Of a stretch of DNA of 50,209 nt, positions 1-12,042 are shown piece after piece. The stretch comes from an uncultured Candidatus Saccharibacteria bacterium. Lineage in GTDB: Bacteria; Patescibacteriota; WWE3; 9FT-COMBO-53-11. The notes below the pieces were generated by a model. The model saw nothing but the letters and a program-made list of their open reading frames with translations. It had not been told where the DNA came from and did not search any database. Positions within the stretch are counted from its first letter, which is position 1; every line of letters starts with the position of its first letter. The DNA lies in contig CAYGCK010000004.1 of NCBI GenBank assembly GCA_964348395.1, positions 1,568 through 51,776 on the forward strand, in the 5' to 3' direction. A program made the translations under genes and the position numbers.

Positions 1-114
1 AAAGCCCCGCTATCACGAGAATAAAAAGAGCAAAAAGCAGCGCCACGCCTTGCAAAACCATCCGCCGCCGGGCCGGCTCCAGGAGCAAAGATCCAAGCGC
101 AACCACCAGGAGAA
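1..114. repeat. Terminal direct repeat, copy 1 (matches 50096-50209)
   Basis: 110/114 identical; mismatches at positions 14, 22, 77, 107. Confidence 0.97.
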
Positions 115-724
115 AGACGATTGCGGTCCCCAAACAACCAATGTGAGTTAGACCGGTCAGAACGAAAAAGACTCCCGCGCCCGCGTAGTTTTTCCATGAG
201 CTTTCGCGAAGGGAGCGAAAAAGAAAATAGATAAAACCAAACAGCCAAACCGCTCCAGCGGCGTTTTTTTGGAAATCGTTCGTCATTATAAGAGGTGAGC
301 TGTAAAGGACGGAGAAAGCAGCTGTCAAAAGAGCAGGCCAAATGCGGGACGCTTGATCAGCAAACCAGGAGCGGGCGAGGAGGTAAACCGGTATTGCAGA
401 AAGAATCGGAAAGAGAGCGTCCGTTCCCCGGGAGGCCAGCATAATGCTTTCGGAAAGCGGCGCGACCCGAAGGGCAAAAAGAATACGCGCCACAAGAGCC
501 TCGAGCCAAAAAACAAAAGGGAAATCCGCAAACCCCAGCCGGCCGGTTTCAAGAAGGGAGCGAACCTGAACCGGGTAGTAAGGTCCGTTTACTCCTCCCA
601 TAAGCACTCCTCCAAAGTCGATTCGCCATCGCACAAAGGCGGCCAACCCTATAATAAGTACTAGGAAAAACCAAGGGGTAAAGCGTTCGACTCGTTCAAA
701 CCGAACCATTTGGTCCTTTGTCAT
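1..724 (-). CDS. Multi-pass membrane protein, GT-C/PMT(GT39)-like glycosyltransferase; runs off the left edge
   Basis: Not in the ORF track because it has no stop in the window. Manual translation from ATG 724: MTKDQMVRFERVERFTPWFFLVLIIGLAAFVRWRIDFGGVLMGGVNGPYYPVQVRSLLETG...NDFQKNAAG...LTH...; TM1-R, then loop with YY, then many TMs. Confidence 0.65.
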   Translation of the reverse strand, partial: MTKDQMVRFERVERFTPWFFLVLIIGLAAFVRWRIDFGGVLMGGVNGPYYPVQVRSLLETGRLGFADFPFVFWLEALVARILFALRVAPLSESIMLASRGTDALFPILSAIPVYLLARSWFADQASRIWPALLTAAFSVLYSSPLIMTNDFQKNAAGAVWLFGFIYFLFRSLRESSWKNYAGAGVFFVLTGLTHIGCLGTAIVFLLVVALGSLLLEPARRRMVLQGVALLFALFILVIAGL

Positions 725-727
725 GTG

Positions 728-3257
<2,530 letters not shown>

Positions 3258-3275
3258 TCACCCTCCCTATTAATC

Positions 3276-3896
3276 TTACCAAGATGTAAGGAGGCTATCA
3301 ACGGCAAACTTAACGTTGGTGGTTTGCTCCCGCAGGAGCCTTTTCGTCTCCCAAATTGAGCGAAGTTGCAAGGGGTAACTTTGAGCAAGATTTTTGCTCT
3401 TTAGCCTACCCTCGATCGTGATCTCGACCGACTCCAAAAACCCCAGCGCTGCCTCTCGTCCGTAACCGATTTCCTGCTCATAAAGGCTCAATCGTTCCCC
3501 CGGCCCCAGATCCAGGATGCGCTTGGCGAGCTTTATCTCCCCTACTGCCCCGGCCCTAACCCGTTCCAGAAGACACCGCGAGGCGACCGTGGGCAGAAGA
3601 AGCTTACTGTGGGGCGTCGTGAGGACAAACGTGGCTGAGGCGGGCGGTTCCTCCAAACTTTTAAGAAGGGCGTTTTGCGCCTCCTGGGTCAGCCGCTGTG
3701 CCTCCAGTATCAAAACACCACGTCTCACCCCGCCTGGCAGCGTTATATAAAGTTGCGGTATAAGCTCCTTTACCCGGCCTATACCGATAGTTCCGCGCGT
3801 GGCTTCAAGCTCATGGATATAATGCCCGCCGAGGAGGGTGTGGGCTTTTTGCTCGCGGGTTTCTGGATTGCCCCCGATAACCAAAATGCTTGGCAC
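3276..3896 (-). CDS. holB: DNA polymerase III delta-prime-like clamp loader subunit (short form)
   Basis: QNALLKSLEEPP and LLPTVASRC motifs. Confidence 0.8.
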   Translation of the reverse strand: MPSILVIGGNPETREQKAHTLLGGHYIHELEATRGTIGIGRVKELIPQLYITLPGGVRRGVLILEAQRLTQEAQNALLKSLEEPPASATFVLTTPHSKLLLPTVASRCLLERVRAGAVGEIKLAKRILDLGPGERLSLYEQEIGYGREAALGFLESVEITIEGRLKSKNLAQSYPLQLRSIWETKRLLREQTTNVKFAVDSLLTSW

Positions 3897-3955
3897 GACA
3901 CAATTATAGTAAAAAGTGGAAGCCGGAGAGCACTTTTTGCGATACTTTAAAAGAG

Positions 3956-5713
3956 ATGGCCGAGCTTGTCACAACCAGACGGGTCGAGGATATACTTGTA
4001 GAGCAGAACCTTCTCCCCAAGGAGAAGGTGGACGAGCTGAAGGTAGAGGCTGCCAAACTCGGGCGGCCTGTGGAAGACTTGATCGCGGAGCGGAATCTGG
4101 TTCCCGCCGACGCTTTCGCCCAAGCCCGCGCCCAGGTGCTGGGAGTTCCCTTCACCAACCTCTCGGGAGTCGAGATAACACCAGAGGTCCTAAACCTCAT
4201 CCCCCAAGACACCGCGACCCGCTACATCCTCATTCCCTTCGAGAAAACGGACACCACACTCAGGGTTGCTATGTACGATCCTTTGGACCTTCAGGTCATA
4301 GGATTTTTGGAGAGGCGGACTAAGCTTAAGGTGGAGCCGTATCTGGCAACGGCCGAAGCCGTTCGCGACAAGATAGAGACCCAGTACCGCAAAACCCTGG
4401 GGGAGGAGGTCACCGCGGCGCTTGAGGAGGCCGGGGTCGGCGAGGCCCTCAAAATAGAGGAAACCAAAGATATCGAGCGCGAACCCGAGACCATCCGCAA
4501 ATCCCCGGTCGCGGAGATCGTCTCCTCCATTTTCGCCTACGCGGCGAGAAACCGCGCCTCGGATATCCATATCGAGCCGGCCGAGGGCAAGACCAGGGTC
4601 CGCTTTAGGATAGACGGCGTTTTGCAGGAGAGATTGTCATTGCCTCAGGAGATTCATCCTTCGGTTGTATCGCGCGTTAAGATTTTGGCGAACTTAAAAA
4701 TCGACGAGAAGAGGATCCCCCAGGACGGTCGTATAAAAATCGAGGTCGGCGGGCGCGAGATCGATTTGAGGGTTGCGACCATGCCTACCGCGATAGGCGA
4801 AAAGGTCGCCATAAGGCTTTTGGAGGAGACTGCCGAAATTCCCTCTTTGACCGAATTGGGTATGCGCGGAGTATCGCTTAAGCGCATACAAGATTCGATG
4901 CACAGACCCAACGGTATAGTTTTGGTCACCGGTCCCACGGGTTCGGGTAAGACTCTTACCCTGGCCTCGGTTCTGTCCAAGATAAACACCCCGCGGGTCA
5001 ATATCGTAACTATTGAGGACCCGGTCGAGGTGAGAATTCCCGGCGTCAACCAAACCCAGATAAACCCGGCCGCCGGACTGACTTTCGCAACGGGGCTTCG
5101 CGCTTTCTTGAGGCAGGATCCCAACATCATCATGGTTGGCGAGGTTCGCGATAACGAGACCGCGGAGCTGGCTGTTCACGCCGCCTTGACCGGGCACATG
5201 GTCTTCTCGACGCTTCACACCAACTCCGCTTCCGGTGCGCTCCCCCGCCTGATAGACATGAAAATTGAACCCTTCCTTTTGACCTCGACCGTCATCGCGG
5301 TCGCCGCCCAGAGGTTGGTTAGGAAAGTGTGCTCAACATGTAAAGTAGAGTACGAAGCACCCGAGGAGGTCGCTAAGCAGATGAAGGAGGTTCTGGGCAC
5401 TCTCTACGAGAAGACCCCCAAAACCGAGAAGAAGGGCAAACTGGTGCTATTTAAAGGAGATCCGGAAAAAAGCGGCAAAGGTAAGGAGTGCAAGGAGTGC
5501 GGCGGTTCCGGTTACTCTGGACGAACCGGGATTTTTGAGGTGTTGATGATGTCCGACACGATAGCCAAGCTGGTTTTGGAACGTCGGCCCACTTCAGAGA
5601 TTGAAGGGCAGGCTATAAAAGAAGGTATGATTAGTTTGGTGCAGGACGGGTTCGTCAAGGTGCTTGAAGGGGTAACGACCGTCGAGGAGGTCCTGCGGGT
5701 CGCTCAAGAATAA
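3956..5713 (+). CDS. pilB: Type IV pilus assembly ATPase (PilB/GspE)
   Basis: ASDIHIEP, PQDGR, Walker A GPTGSGKT, EDPVE, LRQDPNIIMVGEVRD, tetra-Cys motif; start moved to ATG 3956. Confidence 0.95.
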   Translation: MAELVTTRRVEDILVEQNLLPKEKVDELKVEAAKLGRPVEDLIAERNLVPADAFAQARAQVLGVPFTNLSGVEITPEVLNLIPQDTATRYILIPFEKTDTTLRVAMYDPLDLQVIGFLERRTKLKVEPYLATAEAVRDKIETQYRKTLGEEVTAALEEAGVGEALKIEETKDIEREPETIRKSPVAEIVSSIFAYAARNRASDIHIEPAEGKTRVRFRIDGVLQERLSLPQEIHPSVVSRVKILANLKIDEKRIPQDGRIKIEVGGREIDLRVATMPTAIGEKVAIRLLEETAEIPSLTELGMRGVSLKRIQDSMHRPNGIVLVTGPTGSGKTLTLASVLSKINTPRVNIVTIEDPVEVRIPGVNQTQINPAAGLTFATGLRAFLRQDPNIIMVGEVRDNETAELAVHAALTGHMVFSTLHTNSASGALPRLIDMKIEPFLLTSTVIAVAAQRLVRKVCSTCKVEYEAPEEVAKQMKEVLGTLYEKTPKTEKKGKLVLFKGDPEKSGKGKECKECGGSGYSGRTGIFEVLMMSDTIAKLVLERRPTSEIEGQAIKEGMISLVQDGFVKVLEGVTTVEEVLRVAQE

Positions 5714-5715
5714 AG

Positions 5716-6786
5716 ATGGCACAAACGCAAAGTGGAGTAAGACTACTTCTTAAAAAAACCGTCGAGCTCGGCGCTTCGGATTTGCATATAACGGTTGGGG
5801 CGCCCCCGACGCTTCGGGTTAAAGGAGACCTGGTGCCGGTTGAGAGTGCTGAGGTCTTAAGTCCCGAGCAGGTCGAATCCTTGGTTTTTGAGCTGGTCTC
5901 CGACGAGCAGAAAGACCTTCTTTTGACCCAAAAAGAGATAGACTTTTCCTTCGCCTACGGGGAGGAGGCACGCTTTAGAGTCAACGCCTTCCACCAGCGC
6001 GGGTACCTGTCGGCGGCTCTTAGGAGAATTCCCCTTAAGATCCCAACTATTGAGGAGCTCAACCTTCCTAAACTACTCACGGAGTTTTGCAACCTTCCTC
6101 AGGGCTTTATTCTGGTCACCGGGCCAACTGGGCACGGGAAATCGACGACCATTGCGGCGATGCTCCAGAGGATAAACGAAACCCGTCCGGTCCACGTCGT
6201 TACAATCGAGGACCCGATAGAGTACATCTATCCTCACAAAAAAGCGCTCGTCGACCAACGCGAGATGCACCTTGACACTTACTCCTGGGAAGTCGCCCTT
6301 CGCTCAGCTTTGAGGGAGGACCCGGACGTGGTGATGATTGGCGAGATGCGTGACTACGAGACCGTGGCCTCGGCTATCACTATCGCCGAGACCGGGCACC
6401 TGGTCTTTGCCACCCTTCACACCAACTCCGCTTCCCAGACCATAGACCGTGTTATAGACGCTTTCCCCGAGGCTCAACAGCAGCAGATCAAGACCCAGCT
6501 TTCCTCGATTTTGGAGGGGGTACTGGCCCAGCGCCTCGTCCCTTCGGTGGACGGAAAGCTAGTGCCCGCGGTTGAGATAATGCTCCCCTCCCCTGCCGTG
6601 CGAGCCATAATAAGGGAAGGTAAGACCCATCAGTTGGATAACGTTATCTCGACCTCCTTTGATCAGGGGATGGTTTCCTTGGAACGAGCCCTCGCCGAGC
6701 TTGTAAATCAAGGGAGGGTCGCAAAAGAAGTTGCCAAAGCCCACGCCATCCGGCCCGAGGAGTTTGACCGGCTGGTTAAAAGTTAG
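5716..6786 (+). CDS. pilT: Type IV pilus retraction ATPase
   Basis: ASDLH, GPTGHGKSTT, LREDPDV..GEMRD, AETGHLVFATLHT, AVRAIIRE (AIRNLIRE-like). Confidence 0.95.
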   Translation: MAQTQSGVRLLLKKTVELGASDLHITVGAPPTLRVKGDLVPVESAEVLSPEQVESLVFELVSDEQKDLLLTQKEIDFSFAYGEEARFRVNAFHQRGYLSAALRRIPLKIPTIEELNLPKLLTEFCNLPQGFILVTGPTGHGKSTTIAAMLQRINETRPVHVVTIEDPIEYIYPHKKALVDQREMHLDTYSWEVALRSALREDPDVVMIGEMRDYETVASAITIAETGHLVFATLHTNSASQTIDRVIDAFPEAQQQQIKTQLSSILEGVLAQRLVPSVDGKLVPAVEIMLPSPAVRAIIREGKTHQLDNVISTSFDQGMVSLERALAELVNQGRVAKEVAKAHAIRPEEFDRLVKS

Positions 6787-6788
6787 AC

Positions 6789-7997
6789 ATGCCCATCTAC
6801 AACTACATCGTCAAGGACCCCCAAGGCAAGACTTTGACAGGGACGGTAGAGGCGCCGAGTGCCTCATCCGCAACGAGCATTCTGCAGGAACGCCGTTACG
6901 TCGTGGTCTCCGTAACCGAGAAGAAAGAAGGCGGTTTCTTACAAAAAATTCTCGAGCAGTTTAGAGGGGTCTCTATGGGGGAGAAGACGGTCTTCGCGCG
7001 TCAGCTTTCGACCATGGTCTCCTCGGGCCTTCCCCTAACCAACGCTCTTGAAATCTTGCGTGCCCAGGCCGAAACCGAGAAAATGCAAGACGTTTTGGGC
7101 GAGATGTTGGCCGACGTCCAAGGCGGAACGGCGCTTGCCAAGGCGATGGGCAAGCACCCGGAGGTCTTTAATAAGGTCACCGTTGCTTTGGTTGAGGCGG
7201 GTGAGGCGTCGGGAAAACTCGATACCCTTTTGTCCCAGCTTGCCGAAAACATGGAGAAAGAACAGGATTTCCAATCCAAGACTCGAGGGGCCTTGATCTA
7301 TCCTGCAGTTATCGCTGTTGCTATGGTGGTGGTTTTCATAATAATGGTTGCCTTTGTTGTCCCCCGTCTGACCGATCTTTACGCGGATATCGGAGCGGAA
7401 CTCCCCCTACCGACCCAGATTTTAATCTCCATTTCAAACTTTATGGTTCGGGGGTGGTGGGCGGTTTTTGTCATTTTAATAGCTTTTGGGTATGGGCTTT
7501 TCCGCTGGTCGCAAACGGAAAAAGGCCGTTATCAACTATCGGAGATCGCCTTTAAGGTGCCAGTTTTTGGAAAATTGAACAAGGAATCCGAGCAAGCGCG
7601 ATTTGCCAGGACCTTAGGGCTTTTGTCTGGGGCAGGGATTCCGATTACCCAAGCTCTTGAGATAACCGCCGCCGCAATGGGGAACGTTCTTTATAAAGAC
7701 GCAATAATAGACGCCGAACGACAGGTTGAAAAAGGGGTTCCGCTTTCGGTTCCTCTCAAAAAGGATCCAAATTTTGAACCAATTCTCTCGCAGATGATTG
7801 CGGTGGGTGAGGAGACGGGGAAGATGGACGAGGTTTTGGGTCGTGTGGCGCTATTTTTTGAGGGCCAGGCGGAGGGGATGATTAAGAACCTTACAACCGC
7901 GCTTGAGCCGATTATTTTGGTAGCATTGGGGGTGATGGTCGCACTTCTGATTCTGTCGATCATCAGCCCGATATATCAGCTGACCACGCAGTTTTAA
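6789..7997 (+). CDS. pilC: Type IV pilus platform protein (PilC/GspF)
   Basis: FARQLSTMVSSGLPL, AGEASGKLD, ALIYP, VGEETGKMD, LEPII. Confidence 0.95.
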   Translation: MPIYNYIVKDPQGKTLTGTVEAPSASSATSILQERRYVVVSVTEKKEGGFLQKILEQFRGVSMGEKTVFARQLSTMVSSGLPLTNALEILRAQAETEKMQDVLGEMLADVQGGTALAKAMGKHPEVFNKVTVALVEAGEASGKLDTLLSQLAENMEKEQDFQSKTRGALIYPAVIAVAMVVVFIIMVAFVVPRLTDLYADIGAELPLPTQILISISNFMVRGWWAVFVILIAFGYGLFRWSQTEKGRYQLSEIAFKVPVFGKLNKESEQARFARTLGLLSGAGIPITQALEITAAAMGNVLYKDAIIDAERQVEKGVPLSVPLKKDPNFEPILSQMIAVGEETGKMDEVLGRVALFFEGQAEGMIKNLTTALEPIILVALGVMVALLILSIISPIYQLTTQF

Positions 7998-8023
7998 CTT
8001 TGGGAGGAGGTGAAAAGTATAAA

Positions 8024-8512
8024 GTGACAAGTAACAAGTCACAAGTACCAAAAAAAGGTTTTACACTTATAGAACTTCTTATCGTTATTACCATTATCGG
8101 GGTTTTGGCGGTTGCGATTCTTTCGGCCATAAACCCAATCGAGCAGATTCGCCGTGCGCAGGATCAGGGATTGGAGTCGGACGCCTCGGAGCTTCTTAAC
8201 GGTCTCGAGCGCTACTACACCGGCTTTTTTGAGTATCCTTGGGACGCCTTGGGTGGAGGTACGCCGGATGAGGCCTTGGTCTCCAACAACCTAGCCTGGA
8301 TCGACGAGTTGATCAACAAAGGTGAGGTCAAACCTCAGTTTAGAGACAGGGATAGCTGGAGCTCTTTGTACGTTACCCAATCAGGAACGGTAGTTCGGAT
8401 ATGCTTTGATCCGGCTTCTTCGACTTTCCAAGAGCAAGCCGATTCCGACGGGAAATTTAGAGACGGTTCCTCAGGTTGCGCTACGAACTGCTTCACGTGC
8501 GTTCCGCGCTGA
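8024..8512 (+). CDS. Type IV pilin (candidate major pilin)
   Basis: KKG|FTLIELLIVITIIGVLA; C-terminal Cys residues; strong SD GGAGGAGGTGA upstream suggests GTG 8024. Confidence 0.9.
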   Translation: MTSNKSQVPKKGFTLIELLIVITIIGVLAVAILSAINPIEQIRRAQDQGLESDASELLNGLERYYTGFFEYPWDALGGGTPDEALVSNNLAWIDELINKGEVKPQFRDRDSWSSLYVTQSGTVVRICFDPASSTFQEQADSDGKFRDGSSGCATNCFTCVPR

Positions 8513-9048
8513 TTAAGCAGAGTCAGCAAATTTCTACCGAGCGACGGGGACTCTCGGTTGTTGAACTTATTCTCAGCGTAGGTCTCATACTCATTTTGCT
8601 TTCTGCCCTATTCTGGGCCGTCAACCCTCCCGAGCGTCTAAAGCAGAGTCGAGATACCAGACGCCAAAGCGACTTTGAAGGGTTAAAGACCGCAATCGAA
8701 GAAGCTTTGTTGGGCGGAGAACCGCTGGAAAGTACATTTGGTGTACCGTCCTCATCGGTAGGTTTTGAAGTGACGTGGGAGTTAGACGGCTCGGGTTGGG
8801 TACCTATGGTACTTCCGGACTGGCTCGTCGAGCTCCCGCAAGACCCGTCAAACGGCAAAACGTTCAGCGACGTTTTGGGGAGCCGAGTTTTGGGGGAATA
8901 CCAGTTTATCTCGGACGGAAAATACTGGGTTCTTAGAACCCACCTTGAGGCCGAGACGAATCGCGCGAAATATTACGAGGATGGGAACGATAACAGTTGG
9001 TGGGAGGTAGGAACGGCGCCAGGGCTTTCAACCTATTTCGGACTTTAG
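8476..9048 (+). CDS. Pilin-like protein (start uncertain)
   Basis: RRG|LSVVELILSVG..VNP..SRDTRRQSD, LPQDP. Confidence 0.8.
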   Translation: MRYELLHVRSALIKQSQQISTERRGLSVVELILSVGLILILLSALFWAVNPPERLKQSRDTRRQSDFEGLKTAIEEALLGGEPLESTFGVPSSSVGFEVTWELDGSGWVPMVLPDWLVELPQDPSNGKTFSDVLGSRVLGEYQFISDGKYWVLRTHLEAETNRAKYYEDGNDNSWWEVGTAPGLSTYFGL

Positions 9049-9088
9049 CTCGAAATAGGTATGTATAAAGTAAGATCTATAATAGAAA

Positions 9089-9886
9089 ATGTTTCCTCAA
9101 ATTGTATTTTTTACATTTTACTTTTTACTTGGCGCAGCCGTAGGCTCCTTCCTCGATGTCTGGGCGAGGAGACTCCTTCGTGGGGAGGCACCAACCGGCC
9201 GTTCTCGATGCGAACACTGCGGACGAAAGCTCTCAACAATTGACCTTGTTCCCCTACTCTCCTTTTTTGCCCTCCGAGGACGCTGCCGCTATTGCAAAAA
9301 ACCTTTGAGCTGGCGATATCCCCTGGTTGAGGGGGCGACCGGAGTTATTTTTGCCCTTCTTGCCTGGAAACTAGGCTTTCCAACCTCGGTTCTTGAGCTT
9401 TTGACCCTCGCCGTGCTCTTTGTCGCCGTCTCCTCGTTTATCGTTATCGTCTTGACCGACCTTACCGAACAGACCATCTTTGACCAAACTCTTTGGGTTG
9501 CGCTTCTTGCGTCGGCAATTTACCGCATTTTGCAATTTAGCGCCCACTTCTTACTGCGAAGCCTCCTTTATGACCTGCTGGGGGCTTTGGGGATTTTTGC
9601 CCTTCTCTTGCTGATTAGAATTGTGACCCACGAGCGCGGAATGGGAGAAGCCGACCCGCCGCTTGGTTTTCTGGTGGGTCTTTTGGTCGGGTTTCCCCTG
9701 AGTCTCCTCACCCTATTTTTGGCATTTGTCCTCGGAGGTTTAGCTGGGTCCATTCTTATCCTTACGAAGCGGAAAAAACTAAAGGATAGGGTTGCGTTCG
9801 GGCCGTTTCTTGTCTCCTCCGCGTTTCTGGCGTTCTTTTTTGGGCAGACGTTAATCAACTGGTATCTGAATCTTCTTTTTAGCTAG
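9089..9886 (+). CDS. pilD: Prepilin peptidase
   Basis: GSFL, RSRCEHC, GRCRYC, RYPLVE, catalytic Asp regions (LTD, GMGEAD), AFGPFL. Confidence 0.93.
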   Translation: MFPQIVFFTFYFLLGAAVGSFLDVWARRLLRGEAPTGRSRCEHCGRKLSTIDLVPLLSFFALRGRCRYCKKPLSWRYPLVEGATGVIFALLAWKLGFPTSVLELLTLAVLFVAVSSFIVIVLTDLTEQTIFDQTLWVALLASAIYRILQFSAHFLLRSLLYDLLGALGIFALLLLIRIVTHERGMGEADPPLGFLVGLLVGFPLSLLTLFLAFVLGGLAGSILILTKRKKLKDRVAFGPFLVSSAFLAFFFGQTLINWYLNLLFS

Positions 9887-9921
9887 CTAGATAACGAGTG
9901 TTTTTGCTAAACTAAAGGCCC

Positions 9922-10362
9922 ATGAAGAAACGCTCGGGTTTCACCCTAATTGAACTTCTTGTCGTCATCACCATCATCGGTCTATTGGCTTCCGTCGGTA
10001 TTGCTTCCTACACTCGTGCTCAGCAGCGGGGTCGGGATGCCCGGCGCCAAAGCGATTTTTCATCCTTGAGAAACGCACTTGAGCTCTACTACGCCGACAA
10101 CGGTTCCTATGTCGCAAGCGGTTCTTGGACCGACGTTTCAACAGCACTGTCTTCGCTGGTTCCTCTTTATATAAAGGATCTTCCCTCCGACCCCGGCGGT
10201 CAGGGACAAACCTACAAATACATTGCCTACGATAGCGAACAAACCTACTGTTTGGAATCTTACTTGGAAGCCTCCGATACCACCCAAAGCAACTGCCGAA
10301 GAATCGACGGGTCCCAAATCAACCTCCAGGGCGGTTATAACTACGGGGTTGGAAATCCCTAG
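9922..10362 (+). CDS. Type IV pilin / GspG-like pseudopilin
   Basis: SG|FTLIELLVVITIIG, RDARRQSD..ALELYYADNGSY, LPSDP. Confidence 0.92.
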   Translation: MKKRSGFTLIELLVVITIIGLLASVGIASYTRAQQRGRDARRQSDFSSLRNALELYYADNGSYVASGSWTDVSTALSSLVPLYIKDLPSDPGGQGQTYKYIAYDSEQTYCLESYLEASDTTQSNCRRIDGSQINLQGGYNYGVGNP

Positions 10363-10456
10363 TTGCTAGTGATTTTGCAGAAATCACGTCTAATTATCCA
10401 CGCATCAGCGTGGTTTTTCTTTTAATCAACCACCCGCAATTGCTAGACTACAATCA

Positions 10457-11029
10457 GTGTTTTCCAAAAAAGGTTTTACCCTTATTGAGCTTTTGGTCGT
10501 ATCGGCGATAATAGCGCTTTTAACCGCGGTTTCCGCCGCGGCCTTCAACACTTTCTCGAGAAGTCAAACTCTGACTCAATCGGCTAAGGAGGTAGAGAGC
10601 GCCCTAAAAGATGCTCAGAACCGAGCCTTGTCCTCCGTGGATGGGCAAAACTGGGGTGTACGTTTAGTACCGGGGTCAAACCTATTGGATCTTTTCGCAA
10701 CTCCTTCTATGGGCTACAGCGACCCGTCGGCTCGCGTTTTTGACCGTGAGTTGCCGGATACCGTAGAAATTTTTGACGCCGCGGGATCTCTCCCTCCCGG
10801 GTATAACTTCAGCGTGGTTTTTGTGGTCTCATCGGGTGCCGTTGGCTACGCCAACGATGCGGGAACAGCTTGCATTGGAGGGTCTGACGACGTCAGCTGC
10901 TCATTCCCATTGGGTCGACAAGATTGTATTGTGATAGGAGTTCGCTTGCAGGGCACCTCGCAAGAACGCTATCTTAAGGTCAACGGGCGAAGCATTTTCG
11001 AAGATGATTCAGCAACGTCTTGCCCCTAA
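10457..11029 (+). CDS. Minor pilin (FimT/FimU-like)
   Basis: KKG|FTLIELLVV; LKDAQNRA. Confidence 0.85.
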   Translation: MFSKKGFTLIELLVVSAIIALLTAVSAAAFNTFSRSQTLTQSAKEVESALKDAQNRALSSVDGQNWGVRLVPGSNLLDLFATPSMGYSDPSARVFDRELPDTVEIFDAAGSLPPGYNFSVVFVVSSGAVGYANDAGTACIGGSDDVSCSFPLGRQDCIVIGVRLQGTSQERYLKVNGRSIFEDDSATSCP

Positions 11030-11441
11030 AAAGGAAAAATCCGGCCAATCGCTGGTTGAGGCGGTTGTGGCTTTGGGGATTGCTCTGGTTGTGATAACCG
11101 GGCTTGTAGCTCTGGCGGTTATAGCGGTTAAAACTGCAACGCTTACGAGGAACCGTTCATTGGCCGTCCAGTATGCGCAGGAGGGCCTCGAGGCTCTCAG
11201 ATCCGTTCGTGATCGAGATTTTACCAGCCTTCCCACCTCCGGGGGACCTTACCAGGTCGTTTGGACCGGATCCGAATGGGAAACCGCGCCGGGAACTCAA
11301 GCCATCGATATCTACACCAGAAGCTTTACCGTTTCGGAGCCCGAGGCCGGTAAACTCCGGTTCAATCTTTCCGTCTCGTGGACCGATTCCGGAGGGACCC
11401 ATACAGTTGATTTGTCGACCTATCTAGCGGATTGGCAGTAA
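11004..11441 (+). CDS. Minor pilin (PilV-like)
   Basis: SG|QSLVEAVVALG; AQEGLEALRSVRD. Confidence 0.85.
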   Translation: MIQQRLAPKKEKSGQSLVEAVVALGIALVVITGLVALAVIAVKTATLTRNRSLAVQYAQEGLEALRSVRDRDFTSLPTSGGPYQVVWTGSEWETAPGTQAIDIYTRSFTVSEPEAGKLRFNLSVSWTDSGGTHTVDLSTYLADWQ

Positions 11442-11496
11442 CCGCCTAAGGCGGTACAGTAGCCATTAGCCAGCAGTAGTTGCTAGACTACAATCG

Positions 11497-12042
11497 GTGT
11501 TCTCCAAACTGTTCACTATTCACTATTCACTATTCACTCACGCGAAGCGTGTTGGCTTTACACTTCTTGAGCTCCTCGTTGTAGTGGGGCTTATTGGGAT
11601 TATTGGGGCTATTGCGGCGGATATTTTCGTCAACGTTAGCCGCTCCTACAACAAAGCAAATATCATAGCCGAGGTCGAACGAAACGGAAACATCGCTTTA
11701 TCCCAAATGGTTGGTGAGATAAGAAACGCGCGTTCGGCTACCTCTCCGGACGCCCAGACTCTTGATATCGTGAACGCCTCCGGCGTCAACGTAACCTTCT
11801 CCTTTACCCCCCAAACCGCGTCCGACAACGGCTATGTGGCTCGAAACGGCACTCCCCTAACGGATAGCTCCTTCGCTTCGGGGGTTAACGTCACGAGTTT
11901 GGTGTTTTCGCTCGCCGATACAGACCCGCAGGTAGTCTCGATAACTATGTCCTTAAGTCAACCCCTGGGTGTGTCAAGTCGTGTCGACTTTCAAGCAGGA
12001 ACCACAATTCAAACATCGGTCTCTTTAAGAACGTATGAATGA
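11497..12042 (+). CDS. Minor pilin (PilW-like)
   Basis: VG|FTLLELLVVVG; MVGEIRNA; heptamer-repeat leader. Confidence 0.85.
   Translation: MFSKLFTIHYSLFTHAKRVGFTLLELLVVVGLIGIIGAIAADIFVNVSRSYNKANIIAEVERNGNIALSQMVGEIRNARSATSPDAQTLDIVNASGVNVTFSFTPQTASDNGYVARNGTPLTDSSFASGVNVTSLVFSLADTDPQVVSITMSLSQPLGVSSRVDFQAGTTIQTSVSLRTYE
11508..11538 (+). repeat. Heptamer tandem repeat (ACTATTC)x3 plus one degenerate unit, in a pilin leader
   Basis: actgttc actattc actattc actattc act. Confidence 0.9.

Noticed and set aside
1..114. Terminal repeat pair as a DGR template/variable repeat
   Set aside because: No reverse transcriptase in the window; differences go in both directions and are mostly synonymous.
353..664. 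Plus-strand 103-aa basic ORF and the many other antisense or shifted ORFs in the track
   Set aside because: Shadows of well-supported genes on the other strand or frame, with no motifs of their own.
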